Shown here: positions 24,392 to 37,063 of the stretch, one piece after another | Layout: the number at the start of each line of letters is the position of its first letter | Position numbering within the stretch: the stretch's first letter is position 1 | Origin: Octopus vulgaris | Lineage: Eukaryota | Reading direction: 5' to 3' | Length of the DNA: 64,000 bases | Assembly: GCA_951406725.2 (NCBI GenBank) | Contig: OX597820.1 | Span: 14,632,001-14,696,000 of the forward strand | The notes under the pieces: model-generated | Database searches by the model: none | Told to the model about the DNA's origin: nothing | Seen by the model: only the letters and a program-made list of their open reading frames with translations | Position numbers and translations under genes: made by a program

Positions 24392-24800
24392 CTCTTTTAT
24401 TCTTTTGCTTGTTTCAGTCATTTTGACTGCGGCCATGCTGGAGCACTGCCTTAAACGGTTTTTAGTCGAACAAATCAATCCCAAGACTTATTCTTTGTAA
24501 GCCTAGTTCTTATTCTATCAGTCTCTTTTGCCGAACTGCTAAGTTAGAGGAATGTAAACACACCAGCATCGGTTGTCAAATGATGATGGTTGGGGGAGGA
24601 CAGGCACAGACACATATGCATAGCTATATACATATATAAATATATATGATGAGCTTCTTTCAGTTTCTGTCTACCAAATCCACTCACAAGGCTTTGATTG
24701 GCCCAAGGCTATAGTAGAAAACACTTGCCCAAGGTGTCACGCAGAGGGACTGAACCCAGAACGATGTGGTTGGGAAGCATGCTTCTTACCATACTGCCAT
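24392..24800 (-). mobile_element. SINE family A
   Basis: Reverse complement of the family consensus. Confidence 0.8.
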
Positions 24801-25659
24801 GCCATACATGGTAGAGATGGAAACTGAGAGAAGCCTGTTGTATATATGCATATACGACAGGCTTCTCTCAGTTTCCATCCACCAAATTCATTCACAAAGC
24901 TTTGGTCAGCTTGGGGCAATAGCAGAAGACTATAGCCCACGATGCCATGCAGTGGGACTGAACCCGGAACCACGTGACTGGAAAGTGAATGAACATCTTA
25001 ATCATGCAACCATACCACACGCACGCACACACACACACACAAGCATAATGTTAGGATGCAGTACTTTTTGACTGTATCTGGCTTTTCCATTAGCCATTAT
25101 ATTCTTTGTTCTTTTGTTTCCATGCTCTTCTGCCTCCACCCCCCTCCAATCCTTCATCTCTATAGATGCCAATTTCCATCTTAACCGAAATTACAAGCAT
25201 AAAGCCTAATGACTGTTTGGAGACCAATATGCATTACTTACTTTGCACTTAATTTCAGCCAATGAGTCTCTGATGAGAGCAAGTACTTCATTAGCATAAT
25301 CGCCATTTCTTAACAAAAACTTGTTAAAATTAGATAAATTTCATCCGTGGTGACACATAAAATATTATACAAGTCTGAAAGATTTATTATGCAAAGAGAG
25401 GTTAAAATAAGATATTTTATGATATTCTGAATTGTGAACAGGAGACAGTTCTGTGAGACGTGTGAAGAGAGAGGTTAGACAAGGAATTGGTCAATAATCT
25501 AAAGCTATTTTTAGTTTTTCAGTAGATTTTCTTTCTGGCACTTTAAGGGGGCCAAAGTGAATGACTGTTTTTTTTTTGTTTTTTTTTTATTGTTTACTGG
25601 TTTCAGGCAATGCTGGGTGCTCTGTCTTGAAGGGTTTGGTCTTTTGGTTCTCAGCCCTT

Positions 25660-25990
25660 GGGGTGGAGGGTAGGGTCCATATTTTGTTAAAATAGTTGAA
25701 CAAATCAATCCTGAGACTTATTCTTTGTAAGCCTAGTTCTTATTCTGTTGGTCTCTTTTGCCGAACTGCTAGGTGGTAGGGTCCAGATTTTGTTAAAATT
25801 TATCTGCAATAAATCGGTTATCTTTTTACAATACACAAAATATTTTAATTATATTTTTCGTTTAATTTCTAATATTTAATTAAAGGAATATCTAATTTTT
25901 TAAAAATGTGGAATGGCTAGGAGGGTCCACCTGAATAAAACAGGAATCAAAGGGGTTCCATAGGTAAAGAATGGTTGAGAAACACTGGTT
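25660..25990. mobile_element. hAT-like MITE fragment with a SINE A 3' piece inserted
   Basis: End GGTTGAGAAACACTG; GTAGGGTCCA.ATTTTGTTAAAAT duplicated around the SINE piece; segment GGGTCCACCTGAATAAAACAGG recurs at ~30220-30280. Confidence 0.55.
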
Positions 25991-26382
25991 TAGTCCAACA
26001 AATCAACCCCCAGTGCTTATGTCTTTTTTATTCAAGAACTAAGTTATGAGAAGGTTAACCAACCAACACCAGTCATCACGTGGAAAAGCTGATGCCCTTC
26101 ATAACACCAACCACTCTGTAAAATGGTTGGCATTAGGAATGGCATCCCGCATGGAAGGAGGGCGTTAAATGATGATGATGATGGGCATCATTGGGTGGTT
26201 AGGAAGCTTGCTTCCCAGTCACATGGTTCTGGGTTCAGTCCCACTGCATGACATCTTGGGCACGTGTCATCTGCTATAGCCTTGGGCCAAACGAAGCCTT
26301 GTTATTGAATTTGGTAGGTGGCTTTTTCCATCATGTGTGTATATCCATCTGTGAGTTCTTGTGCCTTCTAACAGAGCGGAAG

Positions 26383-26383
26383 G

Positions 26384-26442
<59 letters not shown>

Positions 26443-26517
26443 GTAACAAACTGAAGAAAAGAAATCCTTCAAAGAGATGTGTTAAACATCCAATTCACTG
26501 GTCTAAATGTATGTATT

Positions 26518-26568
<51 letters not shown>

Positions 26569-26760
26569 ATGTGTGTGTGTGTGTGTGTATACATATGTAT
26601 GTGTGTGTGTGTGTGTGTGTATACATATGTATATGTGTGTGTGTGTGTGTGTGTGTATACATATGTATATGTGTGTGTGTGTGTGTGTGTATACATATGT
26701 ATATGTGTGTGTGTGTGTGTGTATACATATGTATATATATGTGTGTGTGTGTGTGTTTTT
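26383..26760. repeat. (TA)n and (TG)n/ATACATATGT compound microsatellite
   Basis: Direct reading. Confidence 0.9.
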
Positions 26761-27310
26761 ATATATGGGATTCCACACAGTTTCTGTTTATCAAATTCAC
26801 TCACAAGGCATTGGTTGGCCCATAGCGGTTGTAGAAGACACTTTCCCCAAGGTGCCATGCAGTGGGACTGAACCTGGAAATTCATGGTTGCAACGCAAGC
26901 TTCTTAAACCCCCACAGCCACGCCCGTGACTCTACAGCATGTTTCTTTATGCTGCAGTAATTGCATCAACAGTAACTCAATTAACGATGATCTTTCCTGT
27001 AAAACAGTTGTGAACATTTACGTAACACACCCATAAAGTATAGAGGAATAATTAAATCTCTATAAGAATGTATTTTTCTTACCTTGCTTTATGTCGTGTA
27101 TAATATGATCTTCTAAGGTGTATTGTGCAATTTTTCTTGAATGTTTCTTTACGACATTATCCCCAGGCAATTTTATGTACTGTATAATTACTCTGCGCGT
27201 GTGTGTGTGTGTGTGTGTGTGTACCTGCACACGTTAAATTTAGTTTGGGCAAAAGCCTTGTAATGTTCTCTTAAAAGCTTCTTTCTTGTTGGCTATATAT
27301 ATATATATAT

Positions 27311-27311
<1 letters not shown>

Positions 27312-27342
<31 letters not shown>

Positions 27343-27690
27343 ACGTCCGTTTTCCGTGCTGGCACGGGTTGGATGGTTCGACCGGGGCCTGGGAAGCCAG
27401 GAGGCTGCACCAGGCTCCAGTCTGATCTGGCAGTGTTACCACTGGCACGAGGGCCAGTCAGACGGTACTGGCAGTAATTAAACCATGTGTGTGTGTGTGT
27501 GTATGTGTATATATATATATACACACACACATACACACATATACATATATGCACCTGTGCCGGTGGCACATAAAAAGCACCCACTACACTCTCGGAGTGG
27601 TTGGCGTTAGGAAGGGCATCAAGCTGTAGAAACTGCCAGATCAGATTGGAGCCTGGTGCAGCCATCTGGTTCGCCATTCCTCAGTCAAAT
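27312..27690. mobile_element. Two RTE 3' fragments in opposite orientation
   Basis: 27312-27475 (-) and 27553-27690 (+). Confidence 0.75.
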
Positions 27691-28524
27691 CTTATTATTA
27701 TAATTTTTTCATTTTTTTGAAGTTTACTACTTATTCTATAGGGCTCTTTTGCTGAACTGCTAAGTTGAGGGGACATAAACAAAGCAACACTAGTTGTCAG
27801 ACAGTCGCGGTCGGCAAGGGTGGGGACAAACACAGATACAGATAAACACACACATATATATATATGAATACCTAAATATGTATATGCACATAGGTTCCAT
27901 CTACCGGTTTCACACTTGCAAGACTTTGGTCTACCCGGAGTTGTAGTAGAAGACACTTGTCCAAGGTACTGTGCATTGGAACTGAACCCGAAACCACATA
28001 GTTGCCAAGCGAGGTTCTTAACCACACAGCCATGCCTGCATCTATATCTTCTGTGCCCGTATGTGTAATATTATTAACTGAGAATTAGGACCAATGTCTG
28101 GCACCGTTTAGCTTTGCTCTTCTCCATGATGCTTTCATTTCCCCATTGGGGGGGGTGGGTTGACTTTGCCTTTCATCCCTCTCCGGTCAATAGAATAAGC
28201 TCTCCTCATGTACTGGGATCAATCTAATCAACAATGGCCCTCCCACCAAACCTTTTGGCCTCACTCCAACACGAGAAATCATTACTGAGTCAACCCCGCT
28301 TGTGCCAAGCTTATTATTTTAGTCTGTTTGACTGTCTCCCTTATCTCTCTCCCCCTCTCTCTTTCTCTCTCTCTCTTTCTCTCCCTATCTCTGTCTCTCT
28401 CTCTCCTACCCCTCTCCCTCTCGCCTAATAATGTGAATGTTTGTTTTGGCAGCTTTGTTGTTGGATGACAACACCAAGCAATATAGTTTTACTATTGTTT
28501 TATAACTAGTTTATATTCTGGTGT

Positions 28525-28554
28525 TTATATGTGTATATATATATATATATACAC

Positions 28555-28623
<69 letters not shown>

Positions 28624-28770
28624 CATATGTACATATCTATATATGTATATATATCTTTATATATATATGTGTGTGTGTGTATATATATGTGTATATATAT
28701 ATGTGTGTATGTATGTATGTATGTATATATATATACATATATATACATATATATATATATATATGTATAC
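28525..28770. repeat. (TA)n/(CATA)n/(TG)n compound microsatellite
   Basis: Direct reading. Confidence 0.9.
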
Positions 28771-29547
28771 CAGTGATACACTGTTGTAGATTCAATCAAT
28801 TATGCTCTTCTATTGCAAAGCTGTTCCTATGTCTGGTCTGCAGAAATCAATATTAGATGAGAGAAAGAAATTACCATTCCGTTGGTTGGAGTCTGCAATT
28901 CTTTCTGATTCTATGTCGAAGCTAATTGATTTCTCTTGTGCCATTAACGACATTTTAGGAAGGCATAAACATCACACAATCTCTTTCCGTCTATGATTTT
29001 TGCCCAAGTGTGAAATCCCGAAATCAATACTGGATTCCATGCGGAAGGTCTGTAAAAGCTGGACTCGGCCTCTAATTATTTATTTCCATTCGAGTCATTT
29101 TCACCGAACCGAAATTGCTATTTCCTGATCATCAGCAAGGCATGAATGTTACACCTTCCCATTTCTCCTTTCTTTAAAGGCAGAGATTTCGTACATTTCT
29201 GAGGAATGCTGTTAAAAGATACCTCAAACACTGGGCTCATTGTTCACCATTCACAAACAGTAGCCATTGAAAGCGATCAGGCGTGTGTTTCCAATCTGTG
29301 AGTATGTAGGTGTAGATGTTTGCATGAACAGTTTTTCAGTTGAACGACTTTCTTTATGCTCACTGTTGAACCAAGAAATGAAAGTAGTCTATATTTTCAC
29401 TGGAAATCACTGAGGTAAGAAACAAAGCGGGGTACCTTGTTGGGTGGACACTTATACATAAAGAATAGATATAATTTATCATCATCACTGCCGCCATTCA
29501 CACTCCTGCATTAGTCTAGGCACAGGTGTGGCTATATGGCAAGAAAG

Positions 29548-29962
29548 TGGCGAGCTGGCAGAAGCGTTAGCACATCGGTCGAAGTGCTTAGCTGTATTTC
29601 ATCTGCTGTTACATTCTGAGTTCAGATTCCTCCTACGTCGACTTTGCCTTTCATCCTTTCGAGGTCGATTAAATATAAGTACCAGTTACGCACTGGGGTT
29701 GATATAATTGACTTAATCCATTTGTCTGTCCTTGTTTGTCCCTTCTGTGTTTAGCCCCTTGAGGGTAGTAAAGAAATAGGTATTTCGTCTGCTGTTACGT
29801 TTTGAGTTCTAATTCCGCTGAGGTCAACTTTGCCTTTCATCCTTTCAGGGTCGATAAATTAAGTACCAGTTATGTACTGGGGTCGATGTAATTGACTTAA
29901 TCCGTTTGTCTGTCCTTGTTTGTCCTCTCTGTGTTTAGCCCCTTGTGGGCAATAAAGAAATA
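29548..29962 (+). mobile_element. Dimeric SINE family B inserted into the head of a SINE A copy
   Basis: Full unit plus a second unit from the B-box region; SINE A head at ~29521-29545 resumes at ~29963. Confidence 0.8.
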
Positions 29963-30425
29963 AGAAGTTTGCTTTCAAACTACATGGCTTCGGGTTCAGT
30001 CCCACTGTGTGGCACCTTGTGTAAGTATCTTCTGCTAAAGCCCCAGGCCTGGTGATTGGAGTCGTTAGATGGAAACTGAAATGGCTTATCGTGTGTGTGT
30101 GACTGTCCCCTTGCCTTTACATTGCATAATAGTTGTGACTGCAACTGTCATCCAATCTTCTGCAAGAACATGGGGGAATAACTACCCTATTTGGAAACGA
30201 GTGAATGTCGATGGCTATCAGGGTCCACCTGAATAAAACAGGAATCAAAGGGGTTCCATAGGTAAAGAATGGTTGAGATACATAGAGTACTAGTTTAGTA
30301 TTAGTCAATGGTATCAATTAATCCCATCCTCTCAAAACTATTGGCCTTGTATCTAAATTACAAATCATTTGCTGTAGCAAATCTGCCTCAGCATAACCTG
30401 TCTGATGCTTGTGAGCATGGAAAAT

Positions 30426-30635
30426 CATCATCATCATCATCATCATCATTGTTTAACGTCCATTTTCCATGCTAGCATGGGTTGGAGAGTTTGACCGGGG
30501 TCTGGGAAGCCAGGAGGCTGCACCAGGCTCCAGTCTGATCTGGCAGTGTTTCTACAGCTGGATGCCCTTCCTAACACCAACCACTCCGTGAGTGTAGTGG
30601 GTGCTTTTTACGTGCCACCGGCACAGGGGCCAGGG
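30426..30635 (-). mobile_element. RTE LINE 3'-end fragment
   Basis: (CAT)n TGTTTAACGTCCATTTTCCATGCTAGC..GTGCCACCGGCAC. Confidence 0.85.
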
Positions 30636-31650
30636 GAGAAGTAGATGTTAAATGATGATGATGATGATGATAGTTTGTTACACTTGAATCCTGACATCTA
30701 GCTCAATGTTAGGGTTTCAGTGTTCTCTGGATTAATGGGTCACTATAAATAGTGGGTGGCTAAGAAGCTAGTTATCAAAGGCAAAACAGTGGAACTGAAC
30801 CCCAGAACACACAGTTGGGAAGCAAGCTTCTTAACCCCACAGCCATGGCTGTGCCTATATCACATCTGTGCCTTTTCAAACTGAGTTTGGTTTAACTCAC
30901 AAGTGGTACTATCTTGCAGACTTAATCCTTGTTCTACAGTGCCGTGAACAATGGAACAAAGTAAAAAAAAATGTCTCATGAAAGATGGGTTTTGAACCTA
31001 AATTAGCACAATTAGTATTGGGTACCAGTATCTGAAATGTTTCTGAGAGCTGTTCCGTTCTGATAGCAGAAGTAGAGCAAGCATCTGTGACTGTCTAAAT
31101 GTCCAATGAATGGACAAAAGGTGTGTTTGTTGGTCTGTGTGTGTTGTAGAATATTTTATTTATTCAGTTAGATTTTACTGAAAATAGCATCTGATTTAGA
31201 AATTTGTAAAAAAAAAAAAAAAAAAAAAAGGAAAAAGAAAAGAAAGCAATCATTTAAAAAGAGAGAGAAGAAAAAGGAAAAAGAAATAACAAAAGAGAAA
31301 TTGTTGATGGAATTTGTTTGATTAAAAGACTATTCTAAAGAACTTATTCAGATTCAGAATGAAGTGCTTCTTGTTGTTGTTGTCATTATTATTATTATTA
31401 TTATCATTATTGGTGGTGGTGGTGGTGGTGATAGGAGTACTGGCGGGGGTGGCAGTGGTGATGACTAGTAGTAGTAGTAGTTGAGGTAGTAGTAGAAGTA
31501 TATTTTTCATAATTTGAGAAAGACATCAGAAGTTTCCTTATCCCCACCCCCACAAATATAAAGTGCATCTTGGAGAAAACAAATAAAATTCTTCAATTGT
31601 TGTTGTTGTTATTATTATTATTATTATTATATTATTATTATTATTATTAA

Positions 31651-32340
31651 GATGGTGAGCTGGCAGAATCGTTAGCACACTAGGCGAAATGCTTTGAAGT
31701 TTTTTGTCTGTTGCTACATTCTGAGTTCAAATACCGTCAAGATCAACCTTCCTTTTCATCCTTTCAGGGTCGATGAAATAAGTACCAGTTACGCACTGGG
31801 GTCGATGTAATCGACTATCCCTCTCCCTAAAATTTCAGGCCTTCTGCCTATAGTAACAAGGGTTATTATTATTATTATTATTATTATTATGGCGGTGAGC
31901 TGGCAAAATTGTTAGCATACTGGATGCAATGTTTACCGGTATTTCGCCTGTTGCTATGTTCTGAGTTCAAATTCCGCCAAGGTCGACTTTGCCTTTCATC
32001 CTTTTGGAGTCAATAAATTAAGTACTAGTGAAACAGTGGGGTTGATATAATCTAGTCCTCACCCCACAAATTTGAGGCCTTGTGCCTCCAGTAGAAAAGA
32101 TTATTATTATTATTATTATTATTATCTAAGGTGGTTAGCTAGCAGAATCGTTAGCACATTGGATGAAATGCTTAGTGGCATTTCATCTATCTTTACATTC
32201 TGAGTTCAATTTCCGCCAAGGTCGACTTTACTGTTCATCCTTTTGGGGTCAGTAAAATAAGTACCAATGAAACACTGGGGTCAATGTAATCGATTGGCCC
32301 CTTCCCCCAAAATTTCAGGTTTTGTGCCTATAGTAGAAGG
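31651..32340 (+). mobile_element. Three head-to-tail SINE family B copies separated by (TTA)n
   Basis: Units at ~31651-31860, ~31891-32098 and ~32130-32340, each ending GCCT..AGTAGAA..GATTATTATT. Confidence 0.85.
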
Positions 32341-32846
32341 GATTATTATTATTATTATTATTGGTGTGTGGTTTCCTACTTCCTTATATAAATAGTTTTC
32401 GCACAAACCTGGATTGTCAAAGTTGAAAGCATACCATTCTGAAACAAATGAAAATGGTACTATTTAAAGATTGGTTTCTCACCCTCAGAATTCATCACCA
32501 AAGAGATGAAGAAATGGGGGGAAAAGACGGTTGGTGTCTGATTATTCCATCACATTAATGTAATGTATGTGTTTGTGTCTTCATTCATTCCTTCATTCTT
32601 GTTGCAGAAATTGCATCTTGAAGTAAAAAAAAAAATTTTTTTTTAAATTAAAAAAAAAACATGCCAAATATGTTTGGTGAAAGAGAGAGTGAAGAAGTAG
32701 AGGCATTAGGTTTAAAGTTGACCGATTTATGTGTGTATATATGTATGTATTTGTGTGCATGTATGTGTATGTATGTATATGCATACATGTGTATGTATGT
32801 TATATATATATGTGTGTGTGTTTGTGTATACAAATGTATGTATATA

Positions 32847-33043
32847 CTCTTTACTCTTTTACTCTTTTACTTGTTTCAGTCATTTGACTGCAGCCATGCT
32901 GGAGCACCGCCTTTAATCGAGCAACTCGACCCCTGGACTTATTCTATCGGTCTCTTTCGGTGAACCGCTAAGTAACGGGAACATAAACACACCAGCATCG
33001 GTTGTCAAGCAATGCTAGGGGGACAGACACACAAACACACACA

Positions 33044-33095
<52 letters not shown>

Positions 33096-33252
33096 TACGA
33101 TGGGCTTCTTTCAGTTTCCGTCTACCAAATCCACTCACAAGGCTTTGGTCGGCCCGAGGCTATAGTAGAAGACACTTGCCCAAGGTGCCACGCAGTGGGA
33201 CTGAACCCGGAACCATGTGGTTGGTAAGCAAGATACTTACCACACAGCCACT
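32847..33252 (-). mobile_element. SINE family A
   Basis: Reverse complement of the consensus with (ACTCTTTT)n tail. Confidence 0.88.
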
Positions 33253-34081
33253 CATGTGTGTGTATACAAATGTATGTATGTATATATGTGTGTGTTTGTG
33301 TGAATATATACAAATCTATCTATATATGTGTGTGTTTATATAAATCTAAGTATATATATATATATATATATAAATATAAATACATATATGATTGTATATA
33401 ATTAAGTGTATATATGTGTGTATGTCTATGTGTAAATACATGTATATGTGTGTATATATACACGTGTGTGTGTGTGTATAATGGTTGCATTGTCAATGAA
33501 TTCCTTCCAGAATTCCTTATCTTGTTAGCTTGAATGAAGTGGTCAGTGAACACCCCACATTTAAATTACAAGGTTTCCTGTTCTGATGCTTATTTATGAG
33601 TTAACCATATAACTTACACAGGACCCGTGTCTCCTTAAATGCACCTTTCTAAAAAAGCAAGTCGCACTTCATCATTCTCCTTATAATTACTGGGGTATTT
33701 TTATCATTTCATTGTGCATCTGGTTTATATGTCAATATTTGATATTGTTTATCCTTCTGTTTCAAAAAAAAAAAAAAAAAAAAAAGAAGAAGAATTTATC
33801 AACTTTCTGACAAAATCAATCAATGTTATGTCTTATATTTTTCTCCTCCACTGATAATAGTTATGGGCCAAAGCCCCTATGTGACCTGTTGACCTGTTGC
33901 AAATAACAGTTCATTTCTCCATTAGTTGTCTCCATCCTTGATCGATGGTATTGCAGAGACAGTAACCTCTTCATTTATTCCACCTGACTTCTTCACTTAT
34001 TTTCTTCCTAAACTGTACCTTTCGTTGTTTGATAAGTCCTGTGAGTGCTCAACACGGTTTTTGACAATACATGTTGTAGAG

Positions 34082-34648
34082 CAGTGGTTCCCAAAGTGGA
34101 CGGTACCACCCCTCTGCCCTGGGTGGTGGGATGGCTGGATGCATACAGTTGGTGAAAAATGGGGCAATAAAGAGGTGGCCAAAATAGGACAATGGATGTA
34201 AAAAAAAAAAAAACAACAACAACAAAAAACTAACAAAATAAAGGTTTAATTAGGTTAAATTAAATTTGTGAAATACTGTTTTGAATTTGCTGCAGAAAAT
34301 GGTGTATGTCTGTGATAAGGTGGTGAGCTGGCAGAAATGTTAGCATGCTGGGCGAAATGCTTAGCGGTATTTCGTCTGCCGCTACGTTCTGAGTTCAAAT
34401 TCCACCAAGGTCGACTTTGCCTTTCATCCTTTCGGGGTCAATAAATTAAGTTCTAGTGATGCACTGGGGTCGATATAATCGACTTAATCCGTTCGTCTGT
34501 CTTTGTTTGTCCTCTGTGTTTAGCCCCTTGTGGGCAATAAAGAAATAAGAAAATGGTCTATGTCTGTGATGGTGGTGGTGGTGGGAGTTCTAGAAATGTG
34601 GCCTTAGAACCAAGGAGGCGGCAGCCTAAAGAAGTTTGGGAACCACTG
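34082..34648. mobile_element. hAT (Charlie/MER5-like) MITE
   Basis: TIRs CAGTGGTTCCCAAA / TTTGGGAACCACTG; 8-bp TSD TTGTAGAG / TTGCAGAG. Confidence 0.85.
34319..34547 (+). mobile_element. SINE family B nested in the hAT MITE, 23-bp TSD
   Basis: AGAAAATGGT(G/C)TATGTCTGTGAT at 34294-34316 and 34548-34570. Confidence 0.88.
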
Positions 34649-34849
34649 TTGCAGAGCAATAATGAGGCAGAAAGTGTCTACCACTGTTGCTTGTCTCGTC
34701 AGCATACTAAATGCAGGTGTCTTTCATATGCTTTGGCTCTTCTGTGCACAAAAGGTCTCCATCTGCTGGATTTATGTTTTACCAACCGGTGAGGGATAAA
34801 AATCAGTGTTAAATCTGGCAGGATTTGATCTTGGTGTGTACAGATATAC

Positions 34850-35183
34850 TTTCTTTTACTTTCTTTTTAGTTGTTTGTCATTTGACTGCAGCCCAGGAAT
34901 TTTTCTTTGTAAGCCTAGTACTTATTCTATTGGTCTCTTTTGCCAAACTGCTATGTTACGGGAATGTAAACACACCAACATTGATTGTCAAGTGATGGTG
35001 GGGAGGCATACATACATATACACTACGAGCTTCTTTCAGTTTCCATCTACCAAATCCACTCACAAGGCTTTGGTTGGCCTGAGGCTACAGTAGAAGACAC
35101 TTGCTCAAGATGCCACACAGTAGGACTGAACTCAAACTATGTGGTTGGTAAGCCAGCTACTTACCACATAGCCACTCCTGCAC
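34850..35183 (-). mobile_element. SINE family A
   Basis: Reverse complement of the consensus with an internal deletion. Confidence 0.75.
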
Positions 35184-35884
35184 CAATATATATATATATA
35201 TCAAGATTTACTGTGACTACTTTTGCATTTTACTCCCTGACATTCCTCAAAACTACAAGAAAATTGAATATTAGTGACACAGAGTGAATGATGGAAGAGT
35301 TGGTTGCGGTGAATAATGAAGAATGAAATTGTATTAAATATATGATTTATGGTATGAGACATGGAACGTGTTTAAATGCATAGAGAAAAATTAGGTGAAG
35401 TTGGGGACGACGATGGTGGCGGCGGAGTTTGAGATTTAATGTAGATGGATTAGTAAAAGATATTACTCGAAAGGGTTATAAATTATAATGCTGGATAGTA
35501 TTTATATTTGAAAATAAAATACCAGGCTGTAATAAATACTGTTGAATATAGGTAGTTTATTGCTAGGATGTGATATCGGTCTGTTTTAGAAGCAATAATA
35601 TACGAATGTGTATTTTGTGATATGATTAATTGTACAGTTGGTATTAGTCGATATAAAAGGTTATGATTGGTAAAATTTATTAAATAACCTATTGCCGAGC
35701 AAACTAAAGATAGGTTTTCATATTTCATATTTGTGTTTTGATTAATTGATTGGACAGTTAGTAATTAGTTAATATGAAATTTGTTACTAATATGGTTTAA
35801 ATAAAAACCTGTTGCTAATGAATTTGCATTTTGATTAATTAATTGTACAGTTTGTATTAGTCATTGTATAATTTGAAGATATAA

Positions 35885-36265
35885 GGTGTGGCTGTGTGGT
35901 TGGAAGTCTGCTTCCCAACCACATGGTTCCGGGTTCAGTTCCACTGTGTAGCACCCTGCTTAAGTATCTTCTATTATAGCCTCGGGCTGACCAAAGCCTT
36001 GTGAGTGGATTTGGTAGATGGAAACTGAAAGAAGTCCGTCGTATATATGTATGTGTGTGTGTCTGTGTTTGTTCCCCCAACATCGCTTGACAACCGATGC
36101 TGGTGTGTTTACGTCCCCGTAACTTAGCGGTTTGGCAAAAAAGACCAATAGAATAAGTACTAGGCTTACAAAGAATAAGTCCTGGGGTTGATTTGCTCGA
36201 CTAAAGGCGGTGTTCCAGCATGGCCGCAGTCAAATGTCTGAAACAAGTAAAAGAGTAAAGAGAGA
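35885..36265 (+). mobile_element. Full-length SINE family A
   Basis: Head through GAAACAAGTAAAAGAGTAAAGAG tail. Confidence 0.9.
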
Positions 36266-37063
36266 GTAATACATTTGATATACTTGTCTGTTAATTCTCA
36301 TTCATCCGCATCTTAGACCTACTCCAGTATAGAAACCACATAGCATACACAGCTGAAGAGAGGAGAGTACACCTCACAATGTTATACCAACTCAATAATC
36401 TATAAGTGTGTATCCTATACATATTATTACAGTAACAGTATAGCACATTCTGAGACAACGATGTTATGTAATCAAATGTATAATATATGAAATTGATGCA
36501 AAATCCTGAAGATGGGAATATATTCGAATATAAATTATAATAAAATATAAGTTTGTTTAGTCTCAAGTAGTTATTGGTTATGGAAATTGGAAATATGTTA
36601 AATTTTATTTTATTTATTTATTTATTTATTTATTTTTTTTGTGTTTGTTGTATTAGAAATGGTTGGCATTCATTTTCACATGAAAATAATGTATTGAATA
36701 TTTTCATAGTTTTATTGGTTTACATGTGTGCACACACACATACATACACTCTCTCTTACTCTCTCTCTCTCTCTCTCTCTCTCATACATACACCTACACC
36801 CACAAGAGTTGTCCATTGGATACCATCATTGATTTGTTCTGAGAGTCGCTGTGCTCGTCAGAGATTGTGTTTTTTTTATTAACAATATTATACACAAATA
36901 CTTTTTGTTTTTCACAAACAAAATTTAAATATTTATTGAAATGGAGATAGTAAGCAGTATGGTCCTCTTTGTGTGTGTGTGTGTGCCTGAATAATATTGG
37001 ATTTATTTTTCTAACCAAAATAATACAACTTTTCCCATTGGTTCCATAAAGTTACTATATATA

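Noticed and set aside
25262-25295. CTGATGAG hammerhead-like heptamer
   Set aside because: No stem II or GAAA downstream
36500-36540. CCTGAAGATGGGAATATATTCGAATA as a decayed hammerhead
   Set aside because: The GAAA core and stems are too degenerate to support from one copy
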